From a virus: a stretch of 64,000 bases of DNA. Both the position numbers and the translations under genes were made by a program. Location of the stretch: the IMG/VR virus record IMGVR_UViG_3300009285_002455; one strand, 5' to 3'. Of the stretch, positions 18,938-27,766 are shown piece by piece. The notes under the pieces were generated by a model, which worked only from the letters and a program-made list of their open reading frames with translations, was not told where the DNA came from and did not search any database. Every line of letters begins with the position of its first letter. Position 1 is the stretch's first letter.

Positions 18938-19615
18938 ATGGGTGTTATAATAGGTTTTGGTACAGACATCACAGGTATTTTTTCTGGTGCCTGCGGTGTG
19001 TCTGCCCAGTGGGGAGTTAATCCTAATACAACAAGGTTATACTGTTTGGGCAGTTTTTCAGCATATAGAACTGTTGAAAAACCGACAGAAACTTTAAATG
19101 TTACTGTATATAGTCCGCCAGGGGGTTCTGGTATAGGTCCTTATAGTGTTACCCCAAGTACCAGTTGTAGTACACCCGCAGGTATTACTGCGGGGGTCAA
19201 CCCAGCTTCTTGTGATGTTGAAGTTACTAGTTTTTCTTATAACGATTGGCAATTAACAAGCTACAGCTACAACAAATCAGACCCACAAATGGTTGGGCAA
19301 GAGACGTGGGGATTAACCAGATGGATAGATGGGTCTGACCCCAGTGAGTCTCCAGCTCCAACTGTTTTACTGAGGGGCGTTACAGAGGGTTCAGCTAACG
19401 TAGCTTTTGGTGTAGCAGACGGCAATATAGTAGGTATAACTTTTGATATGGCAAGTGTTCTGGAAAGTATTACTGGCAGCGTGTCTGCCGGTCAACAAGG
19501 CACCGCGGATAGAAGTTTTACAGGTGTTGTTACTTCTGTTGGTAACCCTTCTGCCGGAGCAGGTGATATTTGTTCTGGTAATGCCAACATACCTTTTACT
19601 CCACTATGGATATAA
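18938..19615 (+). CDS. hypothetical virion structural protein
   Basis: Strong AAGGAGG RBS, 225 aa, rich in Gly/Ser/Thr and beta-strands. Confidence 0.55.
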   Translation: MGVIIGFGTDITGIFSGACGVSAQWGVNPNTTRLYCLGSFSAYRTVEKPTETLNVTVYSPPGGSGIGPYSVTPSTSCSTPAGITAGVNPASCDVEVTSFSYNDWQLTSYSYNKSDPQMVGQETWGLTRWIDGSDPSESPAPTVLLRGVTEGSANVAFGVADGNIVGITFDMASVLESITGSVSAGQQGTADRSFTGVVTSVGNPSAGAGDICSGNANIPFTPLWI

Positions 19616-19629
19616 TTAAAGAGGTTTAA

Positions 19630-20058
19630 ATGAAATTTAGTATTGCAGAAAAATACACATTAGCATTATCTTGGGAAAAAGTTGAATACAAAACCGATGG
19701 GGAATGCTTATTGAATAATGCGCGTCTATCAGGGCCTGCTTTAAGTATAGCCAACAAAATTAACCCCAATGAGTTCATAAAACTAGATTTTTACAAACAA
19801 TATTTGTTATTTGTAAAAAATGTTTACATAGCTAAACTGTCTTGGGGTGATGTAGTATATAACAAGAATAACACAGTAACACTCAAAGAGGCCAAAATAG
19901 TACATGATACAGAGCTAAATAGAGTGCCACAATTTAAGCATAATGACTTTATCTTAATAGACACTTCTAATCATGAGGATACAAGACACGCATTTAGTCT
20001 TGTTTATACATCATATGTTGTAGATGAGGCTGGAAATTTATATAATTTTAGAGGATAA
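19630..20058 (+). CDS. hypothetical protein
   Basis: AGAGG RBS, 142 aa. Confidence 0.6.
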   Translation: MKFSIAEKYTLALSWEKVEYKTDGECLLNNARLSGPALSIANKINPNEFIKLDFYKQYLLFVKNVYIAKLSWGDVVYNKNNTVTLKEAKIVHDTELNRVPQFKHNDFILIDTSNHEDTRHAFSLVYTSYVVDEAGNLYNFRG

Positions 20059-20060
20059 CT

Positions 20061-20393
20061 ATGCCAGGATGCACTGTATGCTTAACATTTAGTGGTACCG
20101 CACAAGAATTGTGGGAAGTAACTCATGGTACCACTGCTTATGGCAATTTACCACAGTATAAAAAAGACCAACATGTAGGTAATAAATGGAACCCTTGTCC
20201 ATACTCTACACAAAGTGACGACTTACGTAGTGCTCATAGGCTGGGTATTGTACCCACTAAGGTAGACCACACTGACGATGCTGGTAAAGTATACTACATG
20301 TCTCCAGATAGAAGAAATTCCTGGGGCTATGCGTGTACTTTCGATAATTGCCCATATTTACTAACTAACGGAAGAAGCTATTTTTATAAGTGA
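20061..20393 (+). CDS. hypothetical protein (Cys-containing)
   Basis: AGAGG RBS, 110 aa, N-terminal CxxC. Confidence 0.55.
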   Translation: MPGCTVCLTFSGTAQELWEVTHGTTAYGNLPQYKKDQHVGNKWNPCPYSTQSDDLRSAHRLGIVPTKVDHTDDAGKVYYMSPDRRNSWGYACTFDNCPYLLTNGRSYFYK

Positions 20394-20398
20394 TTACT

Positions 20399-21289
20399 AT
20401 GCCTAAAAAAATAGAATATTGTTTTGTGCGTAATAATTTTGAAGTTGAGGGATATATACTTATAGATAAGACATATATAAATGCTAAAACCAAGATGCAT
20501 TACATATGTCCTTTTGGGCATAAAAATAGTATTACCTGGGGAAATTGGGTTACTGGATATAGATGCCCAGACTGTGCACATAACGCTCCAGTTGCTTTTA
20601 AAGAAGTAAAGAAATCTTTTGAGCAAGCGGGCTACCAACTACTTACAAAAACATATATTAATGCTAAACAAAAATTACTTTTTATATGTAACAACGGGCA
20701 TACCTATTCCATGACTTGGGATCGTTGGAAGCAAGGGCATAGATGCAGAATCTGCGGCGGAACTTGGAAAGAGGGTATTGGAAAAATACGTTTACCTTTA
20801 TATAGCACTTATATGAAAAGGCTAGCTCCTTTTCATGAAATAAAGGAAGTGACTCACGAGGCTGGATTTATCTTATTAGGTGTACATTGCGAGTATTGCA
20901 ATAAAGTAACTGTACCTAATATAGATGAAATAAATCATAGATTGGGTTGCTTAGAAGGGACCAGGCTAGGGGACCAGCGATTTTACTGCTCAGAACAATG
21001 CAAAAATGCTTGTTCTATATATAAGCAGCATACATACCCAAAAGGATTTAAGCCAGCTACTTCCCGTGAAGTACAACCGGCACTAAGAAAATTAGTACTA
21101 GAAAGAGACAACTGGACATGCCAAAAATGCGGAAAAACTGAGGTTGAATTACACTGTCACCACATCGACCCTGTAATCAACAACCCCATAGAATCTGCCG
21201 ATGTTGCTAACTGCATAACATTTTGTAAAGACTGCCATAAAAAAGCACATAAACTGCCTGGCTGTAATTATTCAGAGTTAAAGTGTTGA
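20399..21289 (+). CDS. free-standing HNH homing-type endonuclease with N-terminal Zn-ribbon repeats
   Basis: C-terminal RDNWTCQKCG...LHCHHIDPV...NCITFCKDCHKKAH. Two N-terminal repeats F-x3-GY-x5-YINAK-K-x3-C-x2-GH...RC-x2-C. ATG 20399 preferred over GTG 20390. Confidence 0.88.
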   Translation: MPKKIEYCFVRNNFEVEGYILIDKTYINAKTKMHYICPFGHKNSITWGNWVTGYRCPDCAHNAPVAFKEVKKSFEQAGYQLLTKTYINAKQKLLFICNNGHTYSMTWDRWKQGHRCRICGGTWKEGIGKIRLPLYSTYMKRLAPFHEIKEVTHEAGFILLGVHCEYCNKVTVPNIDEINHRLGCLEGTRLGDQRFYCSEQCKNACSIYKQHTYPKGFKPATSREVQPALRKLVLERDNWTCQKCGKTEVELHCHHIDPVINNPIESADVANCITFCKDCHKKAHKLPGCNYSELKC

Positions 21290-21315
21290 AATTATTATAA
21301 AAGGAGAAATTTACC

Positions 21316-22296
21316 ATGGCCATTCAAATTGATACACAGGATATAGATCAATATCCAGGGACAATAAAAAGAGTAACCGTAGATCAAGCAACTATCACCC
21401 CAATCGGGTATGATGGTGATGAACAGTTTGTTATAAAAATATCGACATCAGCTTATAGCGATAATACTGTTAATACAGCCATTCAGGCGCTATACATAAC
21501 AGACTTTGATATTGGCTGGTGTAAATCATCTGGTTTAGCCGGCATTAGTGGTAAGTTCGCATTGGATGCTACCCACAATAAATTACGCATAAAAATGGAC
21601 AACACTTCTGCAGGTGAGGACGGTTCAGGTTATTACACCATTACATTAAATTACGATGCCGGCGGTTTATCTATTAGTGGGGATGTTGTTGCAGAAGATA
21701 TTGAGGCTAAAATTAGAGCCATCACTTGTGTTACTGCCGATACAGGCTATCAATTAGCATATAAAAATGCTGCGGTAGAATTTAGAGACGGACGTTTTTG
21801 GATAACCTCTGGTACAATAGGTCGTTATTATACAGGGGATTATAGATCTGCAGTAAAAGTAGCTCCTGCAACGTCAAACGACTGCTCTGTGCTTTTAGGT
21901 TTTAATCTTTCCATTACAAGTGAGGATATTGCATCTACTACCGTAGGTGAAACGTTATTAGCCGCCGACTACACTGCTAATACTTCTACAATGACAATAG
22001 GTGCCGGAACTGGCGTAAAGAATGGTGATAGCCTAATAATAACAGACGGTAATAATTCAGATTACTTTACTGCTATATCTGTGGATATTACAAAAACAGT
22101 ACTTACTATACCTACTTTGGTTACAAATGGTTTTACTGGCGTAGCACATAATTATACAACAGCGTCTGGTACTAAATTACAAGTTTTAAAAGAACAAGAT
22201 CCTGATAATACACCCACAGCTTGGTGTTCCTCAGTTGATTCAGTTATTAGATACGGTGTTAAAAATATAATCAATTTGATAGATTATAGTTCATAA
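21316..22296 (+). CDS. putative tail/baseplate structural protein
   Basis: AAGGAG RBS, 326 aa. Carries a ~100-aa domain (LRIKMD...IEAKIRAI...ITSGTIG...VLLGF) also seen in ORFs 31040 and 38769. Confidence 0.55.
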   Translation: MAIQIDTQDIDQYPGTIKRVTVDQATITPIGYDGDEQFVIKISTSAYSDNTVNTAIQALYITDFDIGWCKSSGLAGISGKFALDATHNKLRIKMDNTSAGEDGSGYYTITLNYDAGGLSISGDVVAEDIEAKIRAITCVTADTGYQLAYKNAAVEFRDGRFWITSGTIGRYYTGDYRSAVKVAPATSNDCSVLLGFNLSITSEDIASTTVGETLLAADYTANTSTMTIGAGTGVKNGDSLIITDGNNSDYFTAISVDITKTVLTIPTLVTNGFTGVAHNYTTASGTKLQVLKEQDPDNTPTAWCSSVDSVIRYGVKNIINLIDYSS

Positions 22297-22298
22297 TT

Positions 22299-22796
22299 AT
22301 GGCAGAGGTATTTGTAAGACACAGCCTTAATGCTAAAAAAGGAGTAAAATTTAATTTTACTTTTAAACAGTACACCCTTAAAAACAAAGATGCAGAAGGA
22401 GATGCTAAATGGGTATTAGAGGTTGGAACCACTTACCCCGCCGCTAACGGCGGTAAAGTACCAACAAAAATAGTTTACGGTATCACAGAAAAAACACTAG
22501 ATGCCGAAATTGAAAAAGCAATAGCTTCTCTTTGTAAATATATAGATTGGACAGAATTTGAGCAAGATAAATACGCACCAGAGGTTGTTGATATAACGCC
22601 CACTGGTGTTGGTGTATTACCTAACTCGTTAATTTCTTTTAAGATAAAGGATAGTTTACCTTCTTCTGGTATAGATCTATCATCTATGAAAGTTACACTA
22701 AATAACGGCACAGTTGATTTTGATATAACAGATCAAATTAGTATTTCAGGCGATCCTTATGAATATTTGATTAGTTGGAAAAATCCTTTTAACTAG
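22299..22796 (+). CDS. structural protein with C-terminally incomplete Ig-like (Big-type) domain
   Basis: APEVVDITP...ISFKIKD...SGIDLSSMKVTLNNG...YEYLISWKNP then stop. Compare the full Ig-like domain in ORF 27767. Confidence 0.55.
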   Translation: MAEVFVRHSLNAKKGVKFNFTFKQYTLKNKDAEGDAKWVLEVGTTYPAANGGKVPTKIVYGITEKTLDAEIEKAIASLCKYIDWTEFEQDKYAPEVVDITPTGVGVLPNSLISFKIKDSLPSSGIDLSSMKVTLNNGTVDFDITDQISISGDPYEYLISWKNPFN

Positions 22797-22806
22797 GAGT
22801 TTATAG

Positions 22807-24678
22807 ATGGCAGATAATATTAAGTTAAGAAAACCTAATTTTACCACATTAGATGGTTATTTTTTAACATTTGATGAAGATCAAGATGCATTGCTACAAA
22901 AAACTGATGATGGTAATACTGCTTTTTCTTATCCATTAGACACTGTATTAACACAAACTATACTTAGCACTGAATACGATGGGCTGTACTTTTGGACTTT
23001 GGAATCAAAAGCAGATGGTAGGATAATTAGGCGTTGGCTAATAGATAATTATGTTTGTAAACTGCAACAAACAATAACTTTAACAAATGACGGCAGTCAT
23101 ACTTATAATGCCAATACTTTTTCTGTCGAACATTATCATACAACGCTAACAGCCTCTGTAACATCTGGATCTACTGAAATTTATTTAAATGAATATTCTA
23201 ATACACCAGAAATAATAAACGGTTGTGTTTTATACATTGGCCCTAATTCTAATAATGATTATGAGTTAGTTACAGTATCTGGTACTATATTTGGTGGTGT
23301 TAGTTTAACTACTCCGCTAGTGTATGGTTATGATTCAAATGATGCTGTGGGATTTAATAAATACCTATGGTTACTAAATAACAGTAATGGTGTGGATACC
23401 AGTACTGGGGCTTTGTATAAGCTAGACTCACATACAGGGGCTTATATAACTAAATACGCTGGCGGACAATATAAAGATATTACAGCATGTACTTTTCATA
23501 AGATAAGCGCTTTCTCTGCTTATGGCTCTGTGGATACATTAGCATATATTAAAGGTACAAACACTTTATTTGTAAATACTTCCTCAAATTTAGCTATGTT
23601 ATACGATGCTACTGAGTCTAATGACTCTTTTACAGCAGCCAATGGTTCTGTCCCAGATACAGATAAATGGGATGTACTTTTAGGTACCCCAACAATCCAA
23701 AGCAATCAATTATACACAAGTACTGCCTCAGGACAAGAAAGTATTATTTCTGATTATTATCTAAGAGGTAATTTTGATGTTACTGTTACGGGTTCTTTAA
23801 ACAGCTATAATACTACTTATTCTGGCGCTAACTACTTTACACATATGTTTGGTTTATGGTTTCCAAATGAAACTAATAGATATTGTTATATAGCTAGGGC
23901 TAATAATAATGAAACAGCCACCCAATCTGGTATAAATAATTTTAATGTCACATCATATAAAGCCACTAAAAATATAGATTACAGTGTCCCAGCCACATAT
24001 AGTGGGGGTGGTTTAGTTGATAACTATATGTTTAGAGTTAGTAGGGCTGCGGATAATGTAAGTTTCTACTATAAAAAGGGGGTAGAAGATTGGGGTTTTA
24101 TGGGTACCGTACAAATGTTCGATACCGAATGCAAACTTTTGCTCGGTTTAAAAAATACATTAGGTAGTACAGTAACAGCCGCTTTCGATGACCTGGTTTA
24201 CAACACAGGGGAATCTGTTTGGTATGTAACCGCGACTAATTTACCCTTTTACGGGTCTATGGTTATGGAAAACATACAAAGTGATGAAATCACAGTTATC
24301 CCCGTATATGATTTAGCAATAGATAATAATAATGTTTATAGATTACAAAATATAGAGGACGGTGGTGGTAGTATGTCTGGATATAACTACCAATTGTCGC
24401 CACTATCCTCGTTCGTAACTTCTATATCGTTGTCCGCATCACCGGCCATAATAGCCGCCAATAATCTAAGTACGTCGGATATCACCGCCTATGTAAAGGA
24501 CCAGTTTTTGCAACCTATTGCCGGCAGAAGAGTAACTTTTTCTGAGAACGGAGATGGTGCTATAACAGCAGGGACACAAATTAATACAGACTCCGATGGT
24601 ATGGCCCAAACAGTATATAGAGCAGGTGTTGTTGCCAGTGAGGTTACTATAACCGCTGTTGTTGAACAGACCAATTAA
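22807..24678 (+). CDS. putative tail fibre/receptor-binding protein, paralog 1 (one lectin-like insert, C-terminal Big_1-like Ig domain)
   Basis: N- and C-terminal scaffold shared with ORFs 24690 and 27767. ConA/LamG-like insert at ~23608-24210. C-terminus ITAYVKDQ...PIAGRRVTF...TDSDGMAQTVY resembles invasin/intimin Big_1. Confidence 0.6.
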   Translation: MADNIKLRKPNFTTLDGYFLTFDEDQDALLQKTDDGNTAFSYPLDTVLTQTILSTEYDGLYFWTLESKADGRIIRRWLIDNYVCKLQQTITLTNDGSHTYNANTFSVEHYHTTLTASVTSGSTEIYLNEYSNTPEIINGCVLYIGPNSNNDYELVTVSGTIFGGVSLTTPLVYGYDSNDAVGFNKYLWLLNNSNGVDTSTGALYKLDSHTGAYITKYAGGQYKDITACTFHKISAFSAYGSVDTLAYIKGTNTLFVNTSSNLAMLYDATESNDSFTAANGSVPDTDKWDVLLGTPTIQSNQLYTSTASGQESIISDYYLRGNFDVTVTGSLNSYNTTYSGANYFTHMFGLWFPNETNRYCYIARANNNETATQSGINNFNVTSYKATKNIDYSVPATYSGGGLVDNYMFRVSRAADNVSFYYKKGVEDWGFMGTVQMFDTECKLLLGLKNTLGSTVTAAFDDLVYNTGESVWYVTATNLPFYGSMVMENIQSDEITVIPVYDLAIDNNNVYRLQNIEDGGGSMSGYNYQLSPLSSFVTSISLSASPAIIAANNLSTSDITAYVKDQFLQPIAGRRVTFSENGDGAITAGTQINTDSDGMAQTVYRAGVVASEVTITAVVEQTN

Positions 24679-24689
24679 AGAGGCCTGTA

Positions 24690-27600
24690 ATGGCATATGA
24701 AAACATCAAGTTATCAAAAGCTAACTTTGTAGTAATAGATGGCTATTTCTATTTTTTAGACTATATAAAAAACAGTTTAATATGTAAAGTAGACGACGGT
24801 TCTACCGCTTTTGAGTATCCCACCGATACTATAATAGGTACTGCAGTTAAAAGTTTACAGTACGACGGTTATTACTTGTGGTCTTTACAAAACCATCCAT
24901 CAGGTGGTTTATTATTTAAAAAATGGGCAATTATAAATTTTATATGTGTATTGATAGATTCTTTTGAATATATAAGCAATACTGTATATACTTATTCCGC
25001 GGAAGCTTTTGGAGTAGAGTATTATAAAACATATATAACATCAATAGCCAACACACACACCAATGTTTTATATATAAATGAATATTATGATAGTGTAATA
25101 ACCGTAGGTACTAAATTAATACTTGGGCCAAATAGCTACCAACAGCGTGAAGAAGTGGAAGTAGCCACCGTTATAGGCGGGCAAATAACATTAACTGACA
25201 GTACACTGTATAAATATAATAATGACGATTTAGTGTGTTTGTGTAATAGCTTTTTTGTGTTTAATAATTATGATGGTGTAGACCCACTAAAAGGCACTTT
25301 ATTTAGATTCGATTCTTATTCCGGCCATCTTTTATCTGCTGCAGTTGATTTAGACTATAAAGACGTAACTGCAGCCACCTTTTATAGACTTCAAAATGTG
25401 CTTCCTGATCATCCTGACGCACATACGCTGGTCTATGTTAAAAATACCAATGCTAAATTATTGGATATGTCTAACCTCGTTAATTTAACAGCTGCGTCCA
25501 GCTTTAATGATAATTTTAATGGTGTTGACCATTCAGATCCAAACAGCTCTTTATGGTCTATTACTAATGGTTCCCCAGAAATACTAAATAATATGTTATC
25601 TTGTAGTACCTCGGCTAATGGCCATAGTTCTATTGAGTCTAATTATTATTTAATGGGTGATTTTGAAGTTCAAGTTAGTGGTACTGTTGGAAGTTTAACC
25701 ACTTTTTCAGGAACACCTGGTTATTTAGAGCACTATGTTGAAATAGATAGCTCATCTAATAATACGTATAATTTTGGTGTGGTTCAGGAAATTAATTATT
25801 TAGACACCATATTTAAAGATAATTTTTTATCTGGTGGTGTAAATTGGCAAAATGTAACTGGCACCGCCGACTATTCCTTAGGATATCTTAAACAAACCAC
25901 TGATGGGGCACTAACTAGGACCATAGAAGAAATAGTCTACGGTACTAATTACAATGTGCTTTTTATGTTTAAAAATGCCGGGCGGGGAATAGGAGATTCA
26001 ACCTATATTGTAAATCCACTATACATCGACGTTAATAATCGTTTGTCTGTAATTATGTATAATTACAGTTCTACTACATATAATGTGGAATTAATTAAAA
26101 TAATAGGGGGCGGTAGTACTTCCTTATATAAAGATCAAAAATATAATTATTATGATTTGTATGGTACTTGGTTTTACGTTAGATTGCTAGTAACTAATGG
26201 TAAAATATATTTTAGGGTTTGGATGGCAGGTGTTACTGAGCCTGTTATTTGGGATTACATCAGTGATAGTACTGTGGCCTCAAATTTGCCTAGCCAAAGC
26301 CGTTTTTATTCTTGGGCACAATACACATCAATAAATGGCACAGGTCTTGATAATGTATACATATCAAATTTAGTTACTACTGATGCAACTACTAATGTAT
26401 TTAATGACGATTTTTCTTTATCTAACGCACAGTGGACAGACACTATACCTACAACTGTGTATACCGCTGGGTACATGAACCACATCACAGACGGTGCTAC
26501 ATCTATCACTAATGACACTGTTTACTACGGTACAAAGTGGGAAGTATTCTTTAAATTTAAGAACCACGGTAGAGGAGTTAATGCTGATCAATACATAGTA
26601 TCCCCAATTTACTTTGATGCTAATAATAAATTATACGTATATATGAACACTAATTCATATTTAACAGGTACTAATTACATTAGTCTAAATAAATCTATTA
26701 GCGGTGTAGTAACCACAATATACACCAGTTATAAATATAATTATTATATATATTACGGTTATTGGTATAATATACGTATAGCTCGTTCAGACGATTTCAT
26801 ATATTTTAAGGTATGGATAGATGGTAGTTTAGAGCCCACTAATTGGGATTACATAGGTCCAGCTGCTGGTGCAGATTTGCCAGTAGAGGCTTATTTACAA
26901 TCGCAAGCCGTGTATACAGGAGATGCTGGTACTGGGTTGGATAACATAAGTATAAAAACATATGAGGTGGTAGATTATTCTGAGGCACCTTATGAAAATA
27001 TTTATGCTTATATTAAAACTAATGATACCTTAATTGAAAAAACGCATCTGTACTCTGGTTTAACTACGTACCCTACTTATTTATTAAAAATAAATAAAAA
27101 TGGTGCTAATTTGGCTTTTGAGTATAAAACTACTACCTCAGGCATATACAACGATACTTGGAATTCATTACATATTGCAACTGACTATGGTAGCCAAGCT
27201 ACATTAGCTTTGGGTGCGGAAGCTGTTTCTATGATAAATAGTGATGTTTATTTCGATGATTTAATATATACATCTGGCAAAGGCTACGTGGGAGAGTTAA
27301 CCACAGAACTATTTGGTGTTATGAATATGGACAACGTAAGGGCTGATCAGGTAACTAATATAGCCATTTATGACTTAGCTATAAATAAGGACACTATGTA
27401 TAGATTACAATTAGAAGCCACCTATTATGGGGTTGATAATAGTTGGGCTACATACAATTACCAAACATCTCCTATAAGACCTTTTGTAGATTTTATATCA
27501 CTAGGCGCAAACCCGTTAATACTTCCGGCAGATGGTAAAAGCGTTTCCGTAATAACTGCCATTGTTCAAGATCAGTACGGTAATGGTATGATTAATAAAC

Positions 27601-27758
27601 CGGTATCATTTACAGATAACAACACCATAGGCTATATAACTACACCACAAGTCTATACAGATCAATACTATAATACAGGAAAAGCAGTAACAGTTTATAA
27701 ATCAGGAACTGATGTAACACCTGTAATTATAGAAGGTACAGCCACCCAATATGACTGA
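24690..27758 (+). CDS. putative tail fibre/receptor-binding protein, paralog 2 (nested lectin-like modules)
   Basis: Same scaffold as 22807. Two ~190-aa tandem homologous beta-sandwich modules (~25803-26372 and ~26391-26963) are inserted within a third. Big_1-like C-terminus. Confidence 0.6.
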   Translation: MAYENIKLSKANFVVIDGYFYFLDYIKNSLICKVDDGSTAFEYPTDTIIGTAVKSLQYDGYYLWSLQNHPSGGLLFKKWAIINFICVLIDSFEYISNTVYTYSAEAFGVEYYKTYITSIANTHTNVLYINEYYDSVITVGTKLILGPNSYQQREEVEVATVIGGQITLTDSTLYKYNNDDLVCLCNSFFVFNNYDGVDPLKGTLFRFDSYSGHLLSAAVDLDYKDVTAATFYRLQNVLPDHPDAHTLVYVKNTNAKLLDMSNLVNLTAASSFNDNFNGVDHSDPNSSLWSITNGSPEILNNMLSCSTSANGHSSIESNYYLMGDFEVQVSGTVGSLTTFSGTPGYLEHYVEIDSSSNNTYNFGVVQEINYLDTIFKDNFLSGGVNWQNVTGTADYSLGYLKQTTDGALTRTIEEIVYGTNYNVLFMFKNAGRGIGDSTYIVNPLYIDVNNRLSVIMYNYSSTTYNVELIKIIGGGSTSLYKDQKYNYYDLYGTWFYVRLLVTNGKIYFRVWMAGVTEPVIWDYISDSTVASNLPSQSRFYSWAQYTSINGTGLDNVYISNLVTTDATTNVFNDDFSLSNAQWTDTIPTTVYTAGYMNHITDGATSITNDTVYYGTKWEVFFKFKNHGRGVNADQYIVSPIYFDANNKLYVYMNTNSYLTGTNYISLNKSISGVVTTIYTSYKYNYYIYYGYWYNIRIARSDDFIYFKVWIDGSLEPTNWDYIGPAAGADLPVEAYLQSQAVYTGDAGTGLDNISIKTYEVVDYSEAPYENIYAYIKTNDTLIEKTHLYSGLTTYPTYLLKINKNGANLAFEYKTTTSGIYNDTWNSLHIATDYGSQATLALGAEAVSMINSDVYFDDLIYTSGKGYVGELTTELFGVMNMDNVRADQVTNIAIYDLAINKDTMYRLQLEATYYGVDNSWATYNYQTSPIRPFVDFISLGANPLILPADGKSVSVITAIVQDQYGNGMINKPVSFTDNNTIGYITTPQVYTDQYYNTGKAVTVYKSGTDVTPVIIEGTATQYD

Positions 27759-27766
27759 GGCAATTT

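Noticed and set aside
25803-26963. diversity-generating retroelement template/variable repeat pair
   Set aside because: The two modules are similar only at protein level and are not near-identical DNA differing at adenines. No reverse transcriptase is present in the window.
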